Virus record (IMG/VR): IMGVR_UViG_3300030376_006242
Direction: 5' to 3' (one strand)
DNA from: a virus
Lineage: Duplodnaviria; Caudoviricetes
Length of the DNA: 64,000 nucleotides
Positions 10,067 to 19,897 of this stretch are shown here, piece after piece. Under the pieces are notes generated by a model. That model made no database searches and had not been told where the DNA came from. It was given only the letters and a program-made list of their open reading frames with translations. Position 1 is the first letter of the stretch; each line of letters starts with the position of its first letter. Both the position numbers and the translations under genes were made by a program.

Positions 10067-10664
10067 GTCTATTCCTTCTTATTTGGTCTGCCATATCGTG
10101 GTTCACATCTCTATGCCCTTCTTCGTCTTTTCGCACTGCGATTACAACATCACGTAAAGTTGCGTCTTTAGGAAGTTTATAATAATCTATTGCTATCTTA
10201 GGTGCTTTAATATTTTCTATTCTTCCTTCATCTATTTCTTTCAAATATTCTGTATAACTTATGCAGGCTTGTTCCTCAAAGTATGCTACCATTCTGTGAG
10301 CACACTGCGGAAAAAATATATATAAGAACATATAAAAATGCCAGAATATAAATTGTGCAGTAATAATTGCCCAACGTTCAAACCAATTAGGTTTTGCTAT
10401 GCGAATGAAAATCATAAGGTGCATACGTTCATTTTCTGCTTCTGCTAATAATGTTTTAATCCAACCTCTATCGTCTGGTTTCATTTTTCTTAAACTACGA
10501 AGATGATTCCACATACCTGCCACCATACCTGGCACACCTGCAACAGTTTCTAATACAACTGCTCTGTGTCCATAACGTTTTTTAAAAAATGTATCTGCTA
10601 TCCAACGCAAACCCATTGTAATTTTATAAGCCACTCTATCTGAAAAATTTACTGGTGCTTTCAT
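10050..10664 (-). CDS. aox: Alternative oxidase (di-iron ubiquinol oxidase)
   Basis: AOX signature motifs LETVAGVPGMV, EAENERMHL, FEEQA.ISYT, RKDEEGHRDVNH. Confidence 0.95.
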   Translation of the reverse strand: MKAPVNFSDRVAYKITMGLRWIADTFFKKRYGHRAVVLETVAGVPGMVAGMWNHLRSLRKMKPDDRGWIKTLLAEAENERMHLMIFIRIAKPNWFERWAIITAQFIFWHFYMFLYIFFPQCAHRMVAYFEEQACISYTEYLKEIDEGRIENIKAPKIAIDYYKLPKDATLRDVVIAVRKDEEGHRDVNHDMADQIRRNRHGLIN

Positions 10665-11266
10665 TTTTTAAATCCTATAATCATAAATCTTTTGTATTTG
10701 TCTGTTGTAAGTTCTACTGATTCTTCAATAGTCAAACCACAATTTTTTTCAAATTCTTTCAATGACTTTTGACAATTAATATGTTCTTCACATTCAAAAA
10801 AGTCATTACTTTGTACTACAATCCTTTTGTTATTTGGTAATTTTTCTAACCATTGTTGATATTGATCAACTGTCATGTGTTCACATACAGTATTAATAAT
10901 TAAATTATGTTTGCCATAATCGTTGTATAACAGCATATCTGACGTGATTGCTTTAAACCTGCCATCCATTTCATACTCTTTATTCATAGAATAAGCAATA
11001 GATTCGCATTTGCTATCTATGTCCATACTAACAACACGTGTGATATCTAGTTCACTATTGAACAATAATGTAGACAATACTCCATTCCAACCACCACACA
11101 ATAAAATATTATATGGCATTTGTTGTTGAAACTTTTGTAAATGAGTTATTAACCAAACTTTACTGTTGATCTGTCCTTTCCAGAAACTTTCCAATGTACG
11201 ATACTTGTCATCAGATTGTCTGATTGTATCCATCCAGTACAGTACATCTTGAATATTAATTTTCAA
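10661..11266 (-). CDS. Class I SAM-dependent methyltransferase-like protein
   Basis: Motif I 'ILLCGGWNG', acidic 'SMDID', 'IINTVCEH'. Confidence 0.65.
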   Translation of the reverse strand: MKINIQDVLYWMDTIRQSDDKYRTLESFWKGQINSKVWLITHLQKFQQQMPYNILLCGGWNGVLSTLLFNSELDITRVVSMDIDSKCESIAYSMNKEYEMDGRFKAITSDMLLYNDYGKHNLIINTVCEHMTVDQYQQWLEKLPNNKRIVVQSNDFFECEEHINCQKSLKEFEKNCGLTIEESVELTTDKYKRFMIIGFKK

Positions 11267-12242
11267 ATTGTGCTCCTAGTTTGTCAAAAGAACCACACTG
11301 CTTACCACATTCTTGTAAAGGCGTGTGTCCCCAAGTTTTTTCAATTTTTTCAAAATAACCTCCATCAAATATTTCCTTAAGACTACTTGTATTTAAATTA
11401 GGAAATTCTCCAATCCTGTCCATGTAATCTATTCTACTTGCCTGCATAGGCGGAATCCATTCCATATCTAACCAACAACAAGGAGATATATTACCACAAG
11501 CACTAACATATAACTGGCGATTTTTAACTGCTTTACATATAATAGTTGGTTTCGTTTCATTTTGTGATTCTTTCACTAATGATATCATATCAGCACTTTT
11601 TTGTGTAGGCTCTAATTTGTGTAAAGGATTTCCTTTTTCATCTATTACTTGTAACTCACCATTGTGGAATCTTGACGTATGTTTTGTAGTAAATGCTCTA
11701 AAACCTAAGTCCTTGGACATTTGTCTTGCTTCTTCAACTTGATGTTCATTGTGTTTGAATACCAGCATATGCCATTTTGCGAATCCACCTGCTCCAATAA
11801 ATGCGTTAGCATTGGAAATAATTTTATCAAAATCTGTAGATATTCTATAAAGATGATTAGTATCTTTCAAACCATCTAATCCAAAAGTAACTTTTACATT
11901 TTCTTTTGCTAACTTCCTCCACCAGTCTTGATTTTTTGCACTTCCATTTGTGTGCATGGCAAGTCCTATATTAGGATTAGTTGCTCTTAAGTGTTGATAG
12001 ATTTCCAATGTATCTTTGCTTACAATTGGATCTCCTAAATTTCCGCACATAAACAGACTGTTCAATTGTTTAATAAAATCTACAGGAAACCATTTTTTAA
12101 AAGTTTCTAATGACACATCATCCAAATGTATAAAAGGATTCAAAGGACCACCATTAATTCTTCTAGGACACATAGGACATTTTGCCTGACATCTGCTTGT
12201 GATTTCTAAATGGATATCTCTAATGTCTTCAAGTTTATACAT
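11256..12242 (-). CDS. Radical SAM protein with C-terminal SPASM domain
   Basis: CQAKCPMC; GNLGDP; HTNG; C-terminal C..PCC..CGKQC. Confidence 0.88.
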   Translation of the reverse strand: MYKLEDIRDIHLEITSRCQAKCPMCPRRINGGPLNPFIHLDDVSLETFKKWFPVDFIKQLNSLFMCGNLGDPIVSKDTLEIYQHLRATNPNIGLAMHTNGSAKNQDWWRKLAKENVKVTFGLDGLKDTNHLYRISTDFDKIISNANAFIGAGGFAKWHMLVFKHNEHQVEEARQMSKDLGFRAFTTKHTSRFHNGELQVIDEKGNPLHKLEPTQKSADMISLVKESQNETKPTIICKAVKNRQLYVSACGNISPCCWLDMEWIPPMQASRIDYMDRIGEFPNLNTSSLKEIFDGGYFEKIEKTWGHTPLQECGKQCGSFDKLGAQFEN

Positions 12243-13323
12243 TTGTTCTTTCCTTTTTAAATAATTTAGATTGCTTACGACTTATTTCTAATATTATTTC
12301 ATCCTTTTCTATTGCTTCTAATTTGTCTAATCCTCTTGATTTAGGAATTTTACTATCAGCAGAACTCACGCAAGTTGGAGTTATACACTTGTTTGCGTTT
12401 TTAAACAGTTCAAATCCTCCATCTATCGTTCCTAATGGTTCATCATGACAACTGTATGCTCTTTTTATTTCACCACCTGGTTCTCTTACAATACAACTTT
12501 GATATCCAGCATTACAGTTCCAACCTTTAAATTTATTGAAGCCAAAAGCATTGAATCTTTCTGCCTGGTCTATCTCATACATATTATCTTTATGATCCAT
12601 AAGACTAATTTGACCTACTTCTGAACCGTCATTTGTCTTTAAAGCAAATCCTGTTTTCATTAATTCTACTTGTTCGTCATTGTAACCTGATACAATCTCA
12701 CTTGCTGATTCATTACTTTGAGGTTTCAGTGTTACATTGATTCCTCTGTCATTAAATCTTTTACATCTATCATATAGTTCGCTGAACAATTCAGGAACCA
12801 TTACTTGATTTATTGTAACATAAACACCGGCATCTTGCAACATCAAAAGTTTATCTCCAAAAGTTTGTTCATCGGCAAATTCATGATGATAACTGGCGGT
12901 TATACTTCTACGTACTAACGACTCTGTTGCTGTAAGCCAAGTGTTCCACCATTTTATTCCTGGTGAACAATTTGTTGTCATATGAATACTTTGATAGTTA
13001 CTTTTTTCATCTGAGGCATAATGACCTATTAAAGGTAAAAATCTTTTGTATGCTGTAGGTTCTCCACCACTAAAACTAAAATGAAAACTATCAAAGCCAT
13101 TACTTCTTGCTTGAGTTTTAATTTCGTCCATTGTTTTTTTATAAACATCTAATGGTCTATGATCTACTTTTTTAGAATGAGCATAGGGCCAACAATATGA
13201 ACAATCATAATTACAGAATCTACTTAATATCCAACTTACGTTGAATAATTTATGACGCATCATTGTCTGTTGCCCAAACTTGATAATATTATCAAATGGT
13301 ATTCTAGTAGTACGTACTGACAC
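12235..13323 (-). CDS. Radical SAM protein with C-terminal twitch-type Cys cluster
   Basis: CNYDCSYC; SGGEPT; CNAG..C..CITPTC; GTG start at 13323 preceded by GAGGAG. Confidence 0.88.
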   Translation of the reverse strand: MSVRTTRIPFDNIIKFGQQTMMRHKLFNVSWILSRFCNYDCSYCWPYAHSKKVDHRPLDVYKKTMDEIKTQARSNGFDSFHFSFSGGEPTAYKRFLPLIGHYASDEKSNYQSIHMTTNCSPGIKWWNTWLTATESLVRRSITASYHHEFADEQTFGDKLLMLQDAGVYVTINQVMVPELFSELYDRCKRFNDRGINVTLKPQSNESASEIVSGYNDEQVELMKTGFALKTNDGSEVGQISLMDHKDNMYEIDQAERFNAFGFNKFKGWNCNAGYQSCIVREPGGEIKRAYSCHDEPLGTIDGGFELFKNANKCITPTCVSSADSKIPKSRGLDKLEAIEKDEIILEISRKQSKLFKKERTNV

Positions 13324-13993
13324 TGCAGGTCTCCTCGAAATGTTTTTTAAGCCAATCAAAATCATTAATGTAATTCAATTTGTCTTTTTGTTCTGTGCCA
13401 AATTTTCTGCCGGACTTCGCACCTTCTATTGCGAAATCACCATACGGTCTATCAGCACCTTTGCTACACCAAACATCCAATCTTTGTTCTGTTTCATTGT
13501 CTTGCTGTCTGTCAATAACTTTAGAACTTAATTTTACACACTCTCTAAATGCACTTTTCCAAGCACTGAATGGATCTGAATTAAATGCTGTGATGTTTGA
13601 AACTTGCTTTATTGCTTTAAAATTTTTAGAAATGCTTGTTGTCATATCAGTTGTGGTTGTATCCATATTTAAAGTTAATTGTTTGGGTAGTAATTTGACA
13701 CCCCCATATCCATACTGTAAATCATTTATAGGATTTAAACTTTGCCATACATGAACTGTATCTAAATTATATTGATCAACTTTGTAATCAAAATTAAAAT
13801 CTTTTACTATTTGAGCGTCGGCGTCTACTACCCAAAACATTTTTGTCATAGATACTTCTGCCGCTTCTATATGTGCTTTGTGAATTCCTTTTACTCCTTT
13901 TACTCGTTGAGCAATAGGAAAACGGTCACACAACAACTTAAAATTGTGATCTGCCAATGCTTCGTTGTAACTTATAAACACAATATCATACAT
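13304..13993 (-). CDS. GT-A fold glycosyltransferase-like protein
   Basis: 'DIVFISYNE', DxD motif VVDADA, 'YGYGGVKL'; paralogue of next gene. Confidence 0.6.
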   Translation of the reverse strand: MYDIVFISYNEALADHNFKLLCDRFPIAQRVKGVKGIHKAHIEAAEVSMTKMFWVVDADAQIVKDFNFDYKVDQYNLDTVHVWQSLNPINDLQYGYGGVKLLPKQLTLNMDTTTTDMTTSISKNFKAIKQVSNITAFNSDPFSAWKSAFRECVKLSSKVIDRQQDNETEQRLDVWCSKGADRPYGDFAIEGAKSGRKFGTEQKDKLNYINDFDWLKKHFEETCSVSTYY

Positions 13994-14901
13994 TATCTAG
14001 ATTTCCTAATTATTCTTGGAGTATTGTAATAAACTTTCTTAAAAAATTTACTTTGTTCTGCTGTAAGCGGATTTATAGGTAAATCAATTTCATGTTCAGC
14101 ATTAATCTTTTTTCCTAGTGTAACAGAGTCTTCATAAAAGTCTGTTGTCTTGTCTTTGTGCAGTTCAATTTTCCAATACTTTTCAAAGAATCTATATTCG
14201 TTTGCTTGACCGATATCCCAATCTGTACACATTGTAAGATAACATCCTGTTCTTGCTCCATGAATAGCATGAATGCCATAAGGATTATCTATACCCACTG
14301 TCATCCATACAAGTAATCGTTGATAGTTTTGCCACCATAAGTCTTTTGGTGCTTGTCGAACATTTTTATCCAAACTCATTTTGACTCCTTCTCTAAATCC
14401 TGCTCTCCAAGCCTGATAGGCAGATCCATCTATGTAACTGATTGAATGATTATCGTTGAATTGATAGTAATTTGGAAAATGACAAAACTCTATTACATTT
14501 TTATTGTTGCTATCTGCTCCACCGTCGTGATTTTCATGAGTTCTCATATTTTTTACAAAATCTTTTGTCCAACATTTCAAACTGCCGTTACCATATCTTA
14601 ATCCATTAAGATCAATATGTCCACACCAACTTAATTGATAAGTGTTGTCTAATCCTAATGAATTTAAATCAACCATTACATTTAAAAAACTGTTATGTAC
14701 TTGGGTGTCGGCATCAACTGTGATAAATCTGTCTGTTTCAGATACCTCTGCCGCCTTTTTATGTGCTGTGTCAAAACCTTTTACACCATGAACACGTTTT
14801 GCCCATGGGATTTTTCTTTTTAAATCAGCAAAATTCTTTTCAGCATTAGGTTCATCAACACTTAAAAATATAAAATCCATGTCTGCTACTTTTAAAATCA
14901 T
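13993..14901 (-). CDS. GT-A fold glycosyltransferase-like protein (paralogue)
   Basis: 'RVHGVKG..AH..AA', TVDADT, 'AWRAGFREGVKM' shared with 13304-13993. Confidence 0.6.
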   Translation of the reverse strand: MILKVADMDFIFLSVDEPNAEKNFADLKRKIPWAKRVHGVKGFDTAHKKAAEVSETDRFITVDADTQVHNSFLNVMVDLNSLGLDNTYQLSWCGHIDLNGLRYGNGSLKCWTKDFVKNMRTHENHDGGADSNNKNVIEFCHFPNYYQFNDNHSISYIDGSAYQAWRAGFREGVKMSLDKNVRQAPKDLWWQNYQRLLVWMTVGIDNPYGIHAIHGARTGCYLTMCTDWDIGQANEYRFFEKYWKIELHKDKTTDFYEDSVTLGKKINAEHEIDLPINPLTAEQSKFFKKVYYNTPRIIRKSR

Positions 14902-15494
14902 TGTGCTACCTCATATGAATAATTGTAAATTTTTCTACAAAACAATCTGGGTGTTTCATTAGATTTGTGTTGAAGTTGAATATCACCAGTGTCACATAAC
15001 TGTTTTAAATCTATATTGAAAGAATAATCAGCAACACTTGTATTGTGTTGTGGTGTAGTAAAAAATTTAAACACATAATTGTCTTGTTTTACTGTGGTTT
15101 GTATTATGTTTTTTAAATCATCATCTATACTGACGTTCCATTTTTTATTTTTCATATCCAGTTTAAATCTAATACAAGAATCTTTATCATTTTTTACTAT
15201 TTCATAGACTACTTTGTTGGTGTGATTATCTGTTTGTATATCAGTTGGCAGTTTGTTGTCTACTACATAACGTGATTCCACAACATAACCTGTATTTTTA
15301 AATGTCACCTTGTAGTCTGCTAAATGTTTTGAACCTTTTTGTATTTCATCTGCTAGTTCTTTTGTAATTTCAACACTATGTCCTTGTTGCTGTACACTAC
15401 AACCAAACACATCTCCGCTTTCAGGCTCGAAATGAAAGTAATGTTTTACTTTAGGACGTATTACGTCAAATTCTAGTGGCGGTCTTATCTTCAT
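14898..15494 (-). CDS. Hypothetical protein
   Basis: 198-aa ORF with ATGA overlaps on both sides. Confidence 0.6.
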   Translation of the reverse strand: MKIRPPLEFDVIRPKVKHYFHFEPESGDVFGCSVQQQGHSVEITKELADEIQKGSKHLADYKVTFKNTGYVVESRYVVDNKLPTDIQTDNHTNKVVYEIVKNDKDSCIRFKLDMKNKKWNVSIDDDLKNIIQTTVKQDNYVFKFFTTPQHNTSVADYSFNIDLKQLCDTGDIQLQHKSNETPRLFCRKIYNYSYEVAQ

Positions 15495-16312
15495 TGTAGT
15501 TGCTCCAACATCTTATCTGTTAAAAAATTATCCTCAACATAATGAAATATTCCTTTTTGTTTAAAGTTTCCCACAAATAATTCATTTTGTGGTGTAAGAT
15601 TATAATCTATCTGTTCCGTCCATAATTTTAATTGACTTTGATAGTTTTGTATTCTAGGTTTCATATGTGTAAATGTCAAATTAGACTGTGTGCTGAAAAC
15701 TTTATGCTGAATACCTAATAATTTTATTGCTATTGCTGTGGCAACATCCATACTGCACCAAGATTGAGTGCGATTTTTTGTAAAACGTTTGCTGTATTGT
15801 TCATAGTTCACTACAATATCTGTTAACAATTTAAAAAACACATCATTGTTTTTACATTTTTTAAAATAATGAAATCCACAATACACATTTGGCAAGTCAT
15901 TGTCCACAAATACTTTTCTATAATAATCATTTGTTACCCATTCATCTCTATAGGTTTTAACTTTGTTTGTGTAAAACAATTCATAATTGCTTAATTGTTT
16001 CCACCAATGCTCTATATTCTCTAACAATAACATATCCACATCTAGCACAATAGATTCATCAAATGGACTGCTATTATAAATTTTACATCTGTTATTAACT
16101 TTCCAATCGCTGTCAACTGCGAGATCATCTCCTGGTATGTCTTGAATATGATCAAAATGTTTCTTGTATTTTTCAGGAACAATGATATCTGTCATTAAAC
16201 ATATTTGTTCTTTGGGCATAAATTTCTTTATGCTTAAACTACAGGCAACTGCTTGTTTTAAATAATCACAAGTTTCATTCTGCTGTACAAATAATATAAA
16301 ACCTCTATTCAT
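15491..16312 (-). CDS. Glycosyltransferase (GT8-like, GT-A fold)
   Basis: 'SPFDESIVLDVDML' DxD; C-terminal 'FHY'. Confidence 0.6.
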   Translation of the reverse strand: MNRGFILFVQQNETCDYLKQAVACSLSIKKFMPKEQICLMTDIIVPEKYKKHFDHIQDIPGDDLAVDSDWKVNNRCKIYNSSPFDESIVLDVDMLLLENIEHWWKQLSNYELFYTNKVKTYRDEWVTNDYYRKVFVDNDLPNVYCGFHYFKKCKNNDVFFKLLTDIVVNYEQYSKRFTKNRTQSWCSMDVATAIAIKLLGIQHKVFSTQSNLTFTHMKPRIQNYQSQLKLWTEQIDYNLTPQNELFVGNFKQKGIFHYVEDNFLTDKMLEQLQ

Positions 16313-17117
16313 ATTGATCTATAATTTTATTCAATCCTATTTTGTTCATTATGTGTATATTCATATCTTTAATCTGACATTTTGCTCCTCGCTCTAATGT
16401 AAAATTCCATTTATTATCAAGATAAGAGTCTACACTATCTTTGTCCGTTGTATAAAACAACTTGCTAGGCAATTGCTTGGGCCAACTTGTTTTAGCAAAA
16501 TCATTAATCATGTGAATTGCTATGGCAAAAGCAAAATCATTTCTATAAATTGTATTTTCAATTTGATATTTGAATCTATAAAATTGCCATTCTTTTTTGA
16601 TATGATTGATTAAATCAAACAAAATTCTAGTTCTTTCAGTTTTCTTAAAATAAAATACAGTTGCCCAGCACATTTCAATACCTGTATCACTAACATATTT
16701 CATTTCTTCTGTGTATCTAGATTCAAAGTCTACGTGTTGTGCTTTGTAGTTGATTAAAAAATCTTCTTTGCTTTCAAACACTTTGTTAAGGTTGCTGTTT
16801 GCCACAATATAGTCAGTATCCATTACAATGGTTTCATCGTACGGAGTTAAAGAATAAGCATCTGGTCTTGAAGTATTGTTCCATGTATCCTCATAACTGT
16901 TTGTAACATTGTAAAATCTTTTTGTTTGATCTGTGTTTGGTTTTTCTACTACAATGACGTGATTAAAATTATTATGATCTTCGTTGAATTTGTCCGATGT
17001 AATCAAACACACTGGCAAATCAAGATGTTTTTTAATCTGACCTGCACAAAAATTAGCCTGTTTGACATAATCCACAGTGCTATTGTTATGAGCAAAAAGC
17101 AAAACCCCTTTGGTCAT
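16305..17117 (-). CDS. Glycosyltransferase (GT8-like, paralogue)
   Basis: 'TPYDETIVMDTDYI' DxD; 'YRNDFAFAIA'; N-terminus parallels 15491-16312. Confidence 0.6.
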   Translation of the reverse strand: MTKGVLLFAHNNSTVDYVKQANFCAGQIKKHLDLPVCLITSDKFNEDHNNFNHVIVVEKPNTDQTKRFYNVTNSYEDTWNNTSRPDAYSLTPYDETIVMDTDYIVANSNLNKVFESKEDFLINYKAQHVDFESRYTEEMKYVSDTGIEMCWATVFYFKKTERTRILFDLINHIKKEWQFYRFKYQIENTIYRNDFAFAIAIHMINDFAKTSWPKQLPSKLFYTTDKDSVDSYLDNKWNFTLERGAKCQIKDMNIHIMNKIGLNKIIDQYE

Positions 17118-17119
17118 GA

Positions 17120-17455
17120 TTAAATCTCACCTTTGTCTTTCACTAATTGATTGTATTCCACAAGGTATTGATTTAGATTGCGTTGATACAAATCAGTAAT
17201 GTCGCTATGAAAGGATTTAATATCTGTAATTTTGACAGGTTGTTTGTAATCATCTAGAAATATTGCTTCATTTGTTTTTTTGATATTGATATACGTGAGA
17301 CAGTAATTTATAAGAGCAAGGTCTATTGTGAATTGATGTCCTTCGGTATAATAGATATTGTTTTCAAGACATTTCTCTTTCAACAATTTTAATTGATTAT
17401 TGAACGTTCTTAGACGCTCTGCGTATTCCAAAGATTTTGATAAGGATTCATCCAT
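17120..17455 (-). CDS. Hypothetical protein
   Basis: 111-aa ORF, first gene after a sigma70-type promoter. Confidence 0.6.
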   Translation of the reverse strand: MDESLSKSLEYAERLRTFNNQLKLLKEKCLENNIYYTEGHQFTIDLALINYCLTYINIKKTNEAIFLDDYKQPVKITDIKSFHSDITDLYQRNLNQYLVEYNQLVKDKGEI

Positions 17456-17467
17456 AATATTAAGAAT

Positions 17468-17496
17468 ATTATACTTGATTTTTGGATATAAGTCAA
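17468..17496 (-). promoter_or_regulatory. Sigma70-type promoter for the GT/radical-SAM/AOX operon
   Basis: Minus strand TTGACT-N17-TATAAT just upstream of ATG 17455. Confidence 0.75.
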
Positions 17497-17504
17497 ATTA
17501 TAGA

Positions 17505-18374
17505 TTAGAAATTATCGCCAGAACCACGTACAACACCTGGTGCAGTACCAATTACATCTGTGATTGCTGTTGCTGTGTAAATGTAACTTCTTAAATTCGA
17601 AATGTTTTCATCTGGATTACCGCCTGCTTGGTCTCTCCAGTTCATTGTGAATCTAATTTGTGTGGCACTTGTTCGCTGTACATCCACATAGTAATCGTTG
17701 GCAGAATATGCTCCACCACCTGCATCAAAGTTTGATAATAGTCTCTGAGAAGTTCCGTCTAGTTCGTAGTTTCCTATTCCAGATCCTGTTACTGATCCGT
17801 TTCCTGTGTGAGTAGTTCCGTGAGCACCAAATTTTAAATTTCCGCCCATTACATTGTTCCAGGAATTTCCTTTTGAACTGCTGTCTGTTGTACTCGATGA
17901 AATTTGAATATAACCGCCTGCGTTGAAATAATGTCTTCTAGCATCTTCAGATGTAAAGTTAACTTCGATTCTCAATGTAATTGTACCATTCCACGAACCT
18001 CTTTGATTGCTACTAGCAAGTACAACTGATTGTTGTGTAGAGTCAACTGTTAATCTATTTGTTCCAACTGTTGTTGCCAATGCTTCGTATTGATCCCAAC
18101 CTGTGTAATTAACACCATCATTTTCTTTAATCAAATCTCCTTGAGAAACAATTTGAATTAAGTTAGACGCTGGATCTCCACCTGTTTGATGTTTGTATGC
18201 TTTTCTTAAATCTTCGTATGCGTTGTTGATGTTGGTAGCATTGATTAAATCACCTACCTGAACTGATTGTGTAATAAGTGTTTGTCCATATCCAGTATCA
18301 CCTGAACCATTTCCTAACACATTATCTATTTGCTGTCTAAGAGTATTAAATCTGTTTGCGGTTACTAAAGCCAT
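17505..18374 (-). CDS. Virion structural protein (tail/baseplate associated)
   Basis: G/S/T/N-rich; last gene of the fibre block. Confidence 0.55.
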   Translation of the reverse strand: MALVTANRFNTLRQQIDNVLGNGSGDTGYGQTLITQSVQVGDLINATNINNAYEDLRKAYKHQTGGDPASNLIQIVSQGDLIKENDGVNYTGWDQYEALATTVGTNRLTVDSTQQSVVLASSNQRGSWNGTITLRIEVNFTSEDARRHYFNAGGYIQISSSTTDSSSKGNSWNNVMGGNLKFGAHGTTHTGNGSVTGSGIGNYELDGTSQRLLSNFDAGGGAYSANDYYVDVQRTSATQIRFTMNWRDQAGGNPDENISNLRSYIYTATAITDVIGTAPGVVRGSGDNF

Positions 18375-18389
18375 TGTATTCTATTCCTA

Positions 18390-19868
18390 CTAATTATTTA
18401 TTAACCTTAGTGCTACCTCTACTAATTTTGTGGATTCATCTGCATTTGTTTCTAAAGCAAAACCTACCAATTGTCCTTTTTTGGTAGTAGTTGCGATACC
18501 ATAATCCATCGCATAAACTTTTTCGCCTTTTTCAACTGCGCCTTTAACTTTAACTGGCACACGACCAACAAAAGCAATCGCTTGTCCTTCAGCATCTTTG
18601 TTCATCAAAAATCCTGGACTGCCTGATATAACACCAAAAACATTTCCACCAAATGGACCACCATCAAAAAATGCTGTTGTTTCTGCGTCACCGCCAATTG
18701 CCATTACTGTTCCAACTTCGTATTCTTTATCTGTTGTGTAGATCTCAGCCAAGTCAGCATAAGAAGCCGATGTTGCCACACCGTCAAAAGTATTTGCTGT
18801 AACTTTTCCTGTGCCATCTCTTAATGCCACTGTGTTGTTTACGGCTGTTGTTGCACCTAAATAAGTTTGTGCACCAAACTCAATACCTGAAGCACTGTCA
18901 GCCAAACCTTTAAAATAGTTTGCGTGTACTTCATACCATTTGTCTGTTACTATTCCTAAATTTTTATTTCCTGTACCAGGTATAATTCCATCTGGACTTA
19001 CAAAAGCAATCTCATTTACTGAACCTGTGTCATTTACTTTTAAAGTAATTTTGTTTCCAATTTCATTGGCAATTATTCCTTCAGATCCATTTTCTATTGC
19101 TACTTTTAAATCATTTGAATCACCAACTGTAAAACCTACATCTCCAAATCTTACAATGCTAGAGAAAGCACTTGAACCTGATCTGATGTAATCAGAAGCA
19201 AGGAAGCCACCTAATCTATCTGAGTTAGATGCTGTTCCCCAATATCTGTGGTCAGTTGTTGTTACACCGTTTGTTGTAGATTGTGTGTTGACTAATGTGA
19301 TACCTTTTTTAACAACATCAAATCCTGTAATTGTGTTTGAAGGATCTGCTGTGCCTATTGTGAATGCTGTTGAACTAAAAATTAAAACAGTTTCATTGTT
19401 TACTTTTCCTTCAATGATCTGTTGGTTGGCATTTAAACTGTCTTTGATTTGTCTTGATACAAATTGTGTTACTGTACTTCCTGTGCCTTGTGGACCTACA
19501 AGAATAAAACTTGTGCCGTCCCAAGCATACAATTGACTGTTTGCTGAATCCCACCAAAAGTCACCAGTTGTTAAACCTGCTGGAGCAGTAGTACCTACTT
19601 CAGCACCGCCTGTTGTTCTGAATTTTGTTCCATCATAAAATTTTAATTTGCTTGAATTTGTGTCAAACCATATCTGACCACCTAATGGACGAGTTGGTTG
19701 TGTGCCACTAGCAAAATTTTCTAATAGGTGTAAGAAGTTTTCGTTTTGAATTTCACCGTAACCAGCATAGTTTTTACCTATAAAACGTAGATTAGTTGTA
19801 TTATCAATAGTACCGTCTTCTACAGTTGCTATCAGTGTTCCATCAAATTTGTTAACAATATATGCCAT
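18390..19868 (-). CDS. Tail fibre protein with C-terminal intramolecular chaperone domain
   Basis: Shared N-terminal 'YGE..NENFLHLLENFA..GQIWFD'; C-terminal 'YADLAE ... GRVPVKV'. Confidence 0.7.
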   Translation of the reverse strand: MAYIVNKFDGTLIATVEDGTIDNTTNLRFIGKNYAGYGEIQNENFLHLLENFASGTQPTRPLGGQIWFDTNSSKLKFYDGTKFRTTGGAEVGTTAPAGLTTGDFWWDSANSQLYAWDGTSFILVGPQGTGSTVTQFVSRQIKDSLNANQQIIEGKVNNETVLIFSSTAFTIGTADPSNTITGFDVVKKGITLVNTQSTTNGVTTTDHRYWGTASNSDRLGGFLASDYIRSGSSAFSSIVRFGDVGFTVGDSNDLKVAIENGSEGIIANEIGNKITLKVNDTGSVNEIAFVSPDGIIPGTGNKNLGIVTDKWYEVHANYFKGLADSASGIEFGAQTYLGATTAVNNTVALRDGTGKVTANTFDGVATSASYADLAEIYTTDKEYEVGTVMAIGGDAETTAFFDGGPFGGNVFGVISGSPGFLMNKDAEGQAIAFVGRVPVKVKGAVEKGEKVYAMDYGIATTTKKGQLVGFALETNADESTKLVEVALRLINN

Positions 19869-19897
19869 AAATCCCTTTGTTTCTTATATTTATCGTC

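Noticed and set aside
3503-13323. Assigning radical SAM genes as moaA, queE or nrdG
   Set aside because: Family-specific motifs and partner genes are missing; only a superfamily-level call is supportable.
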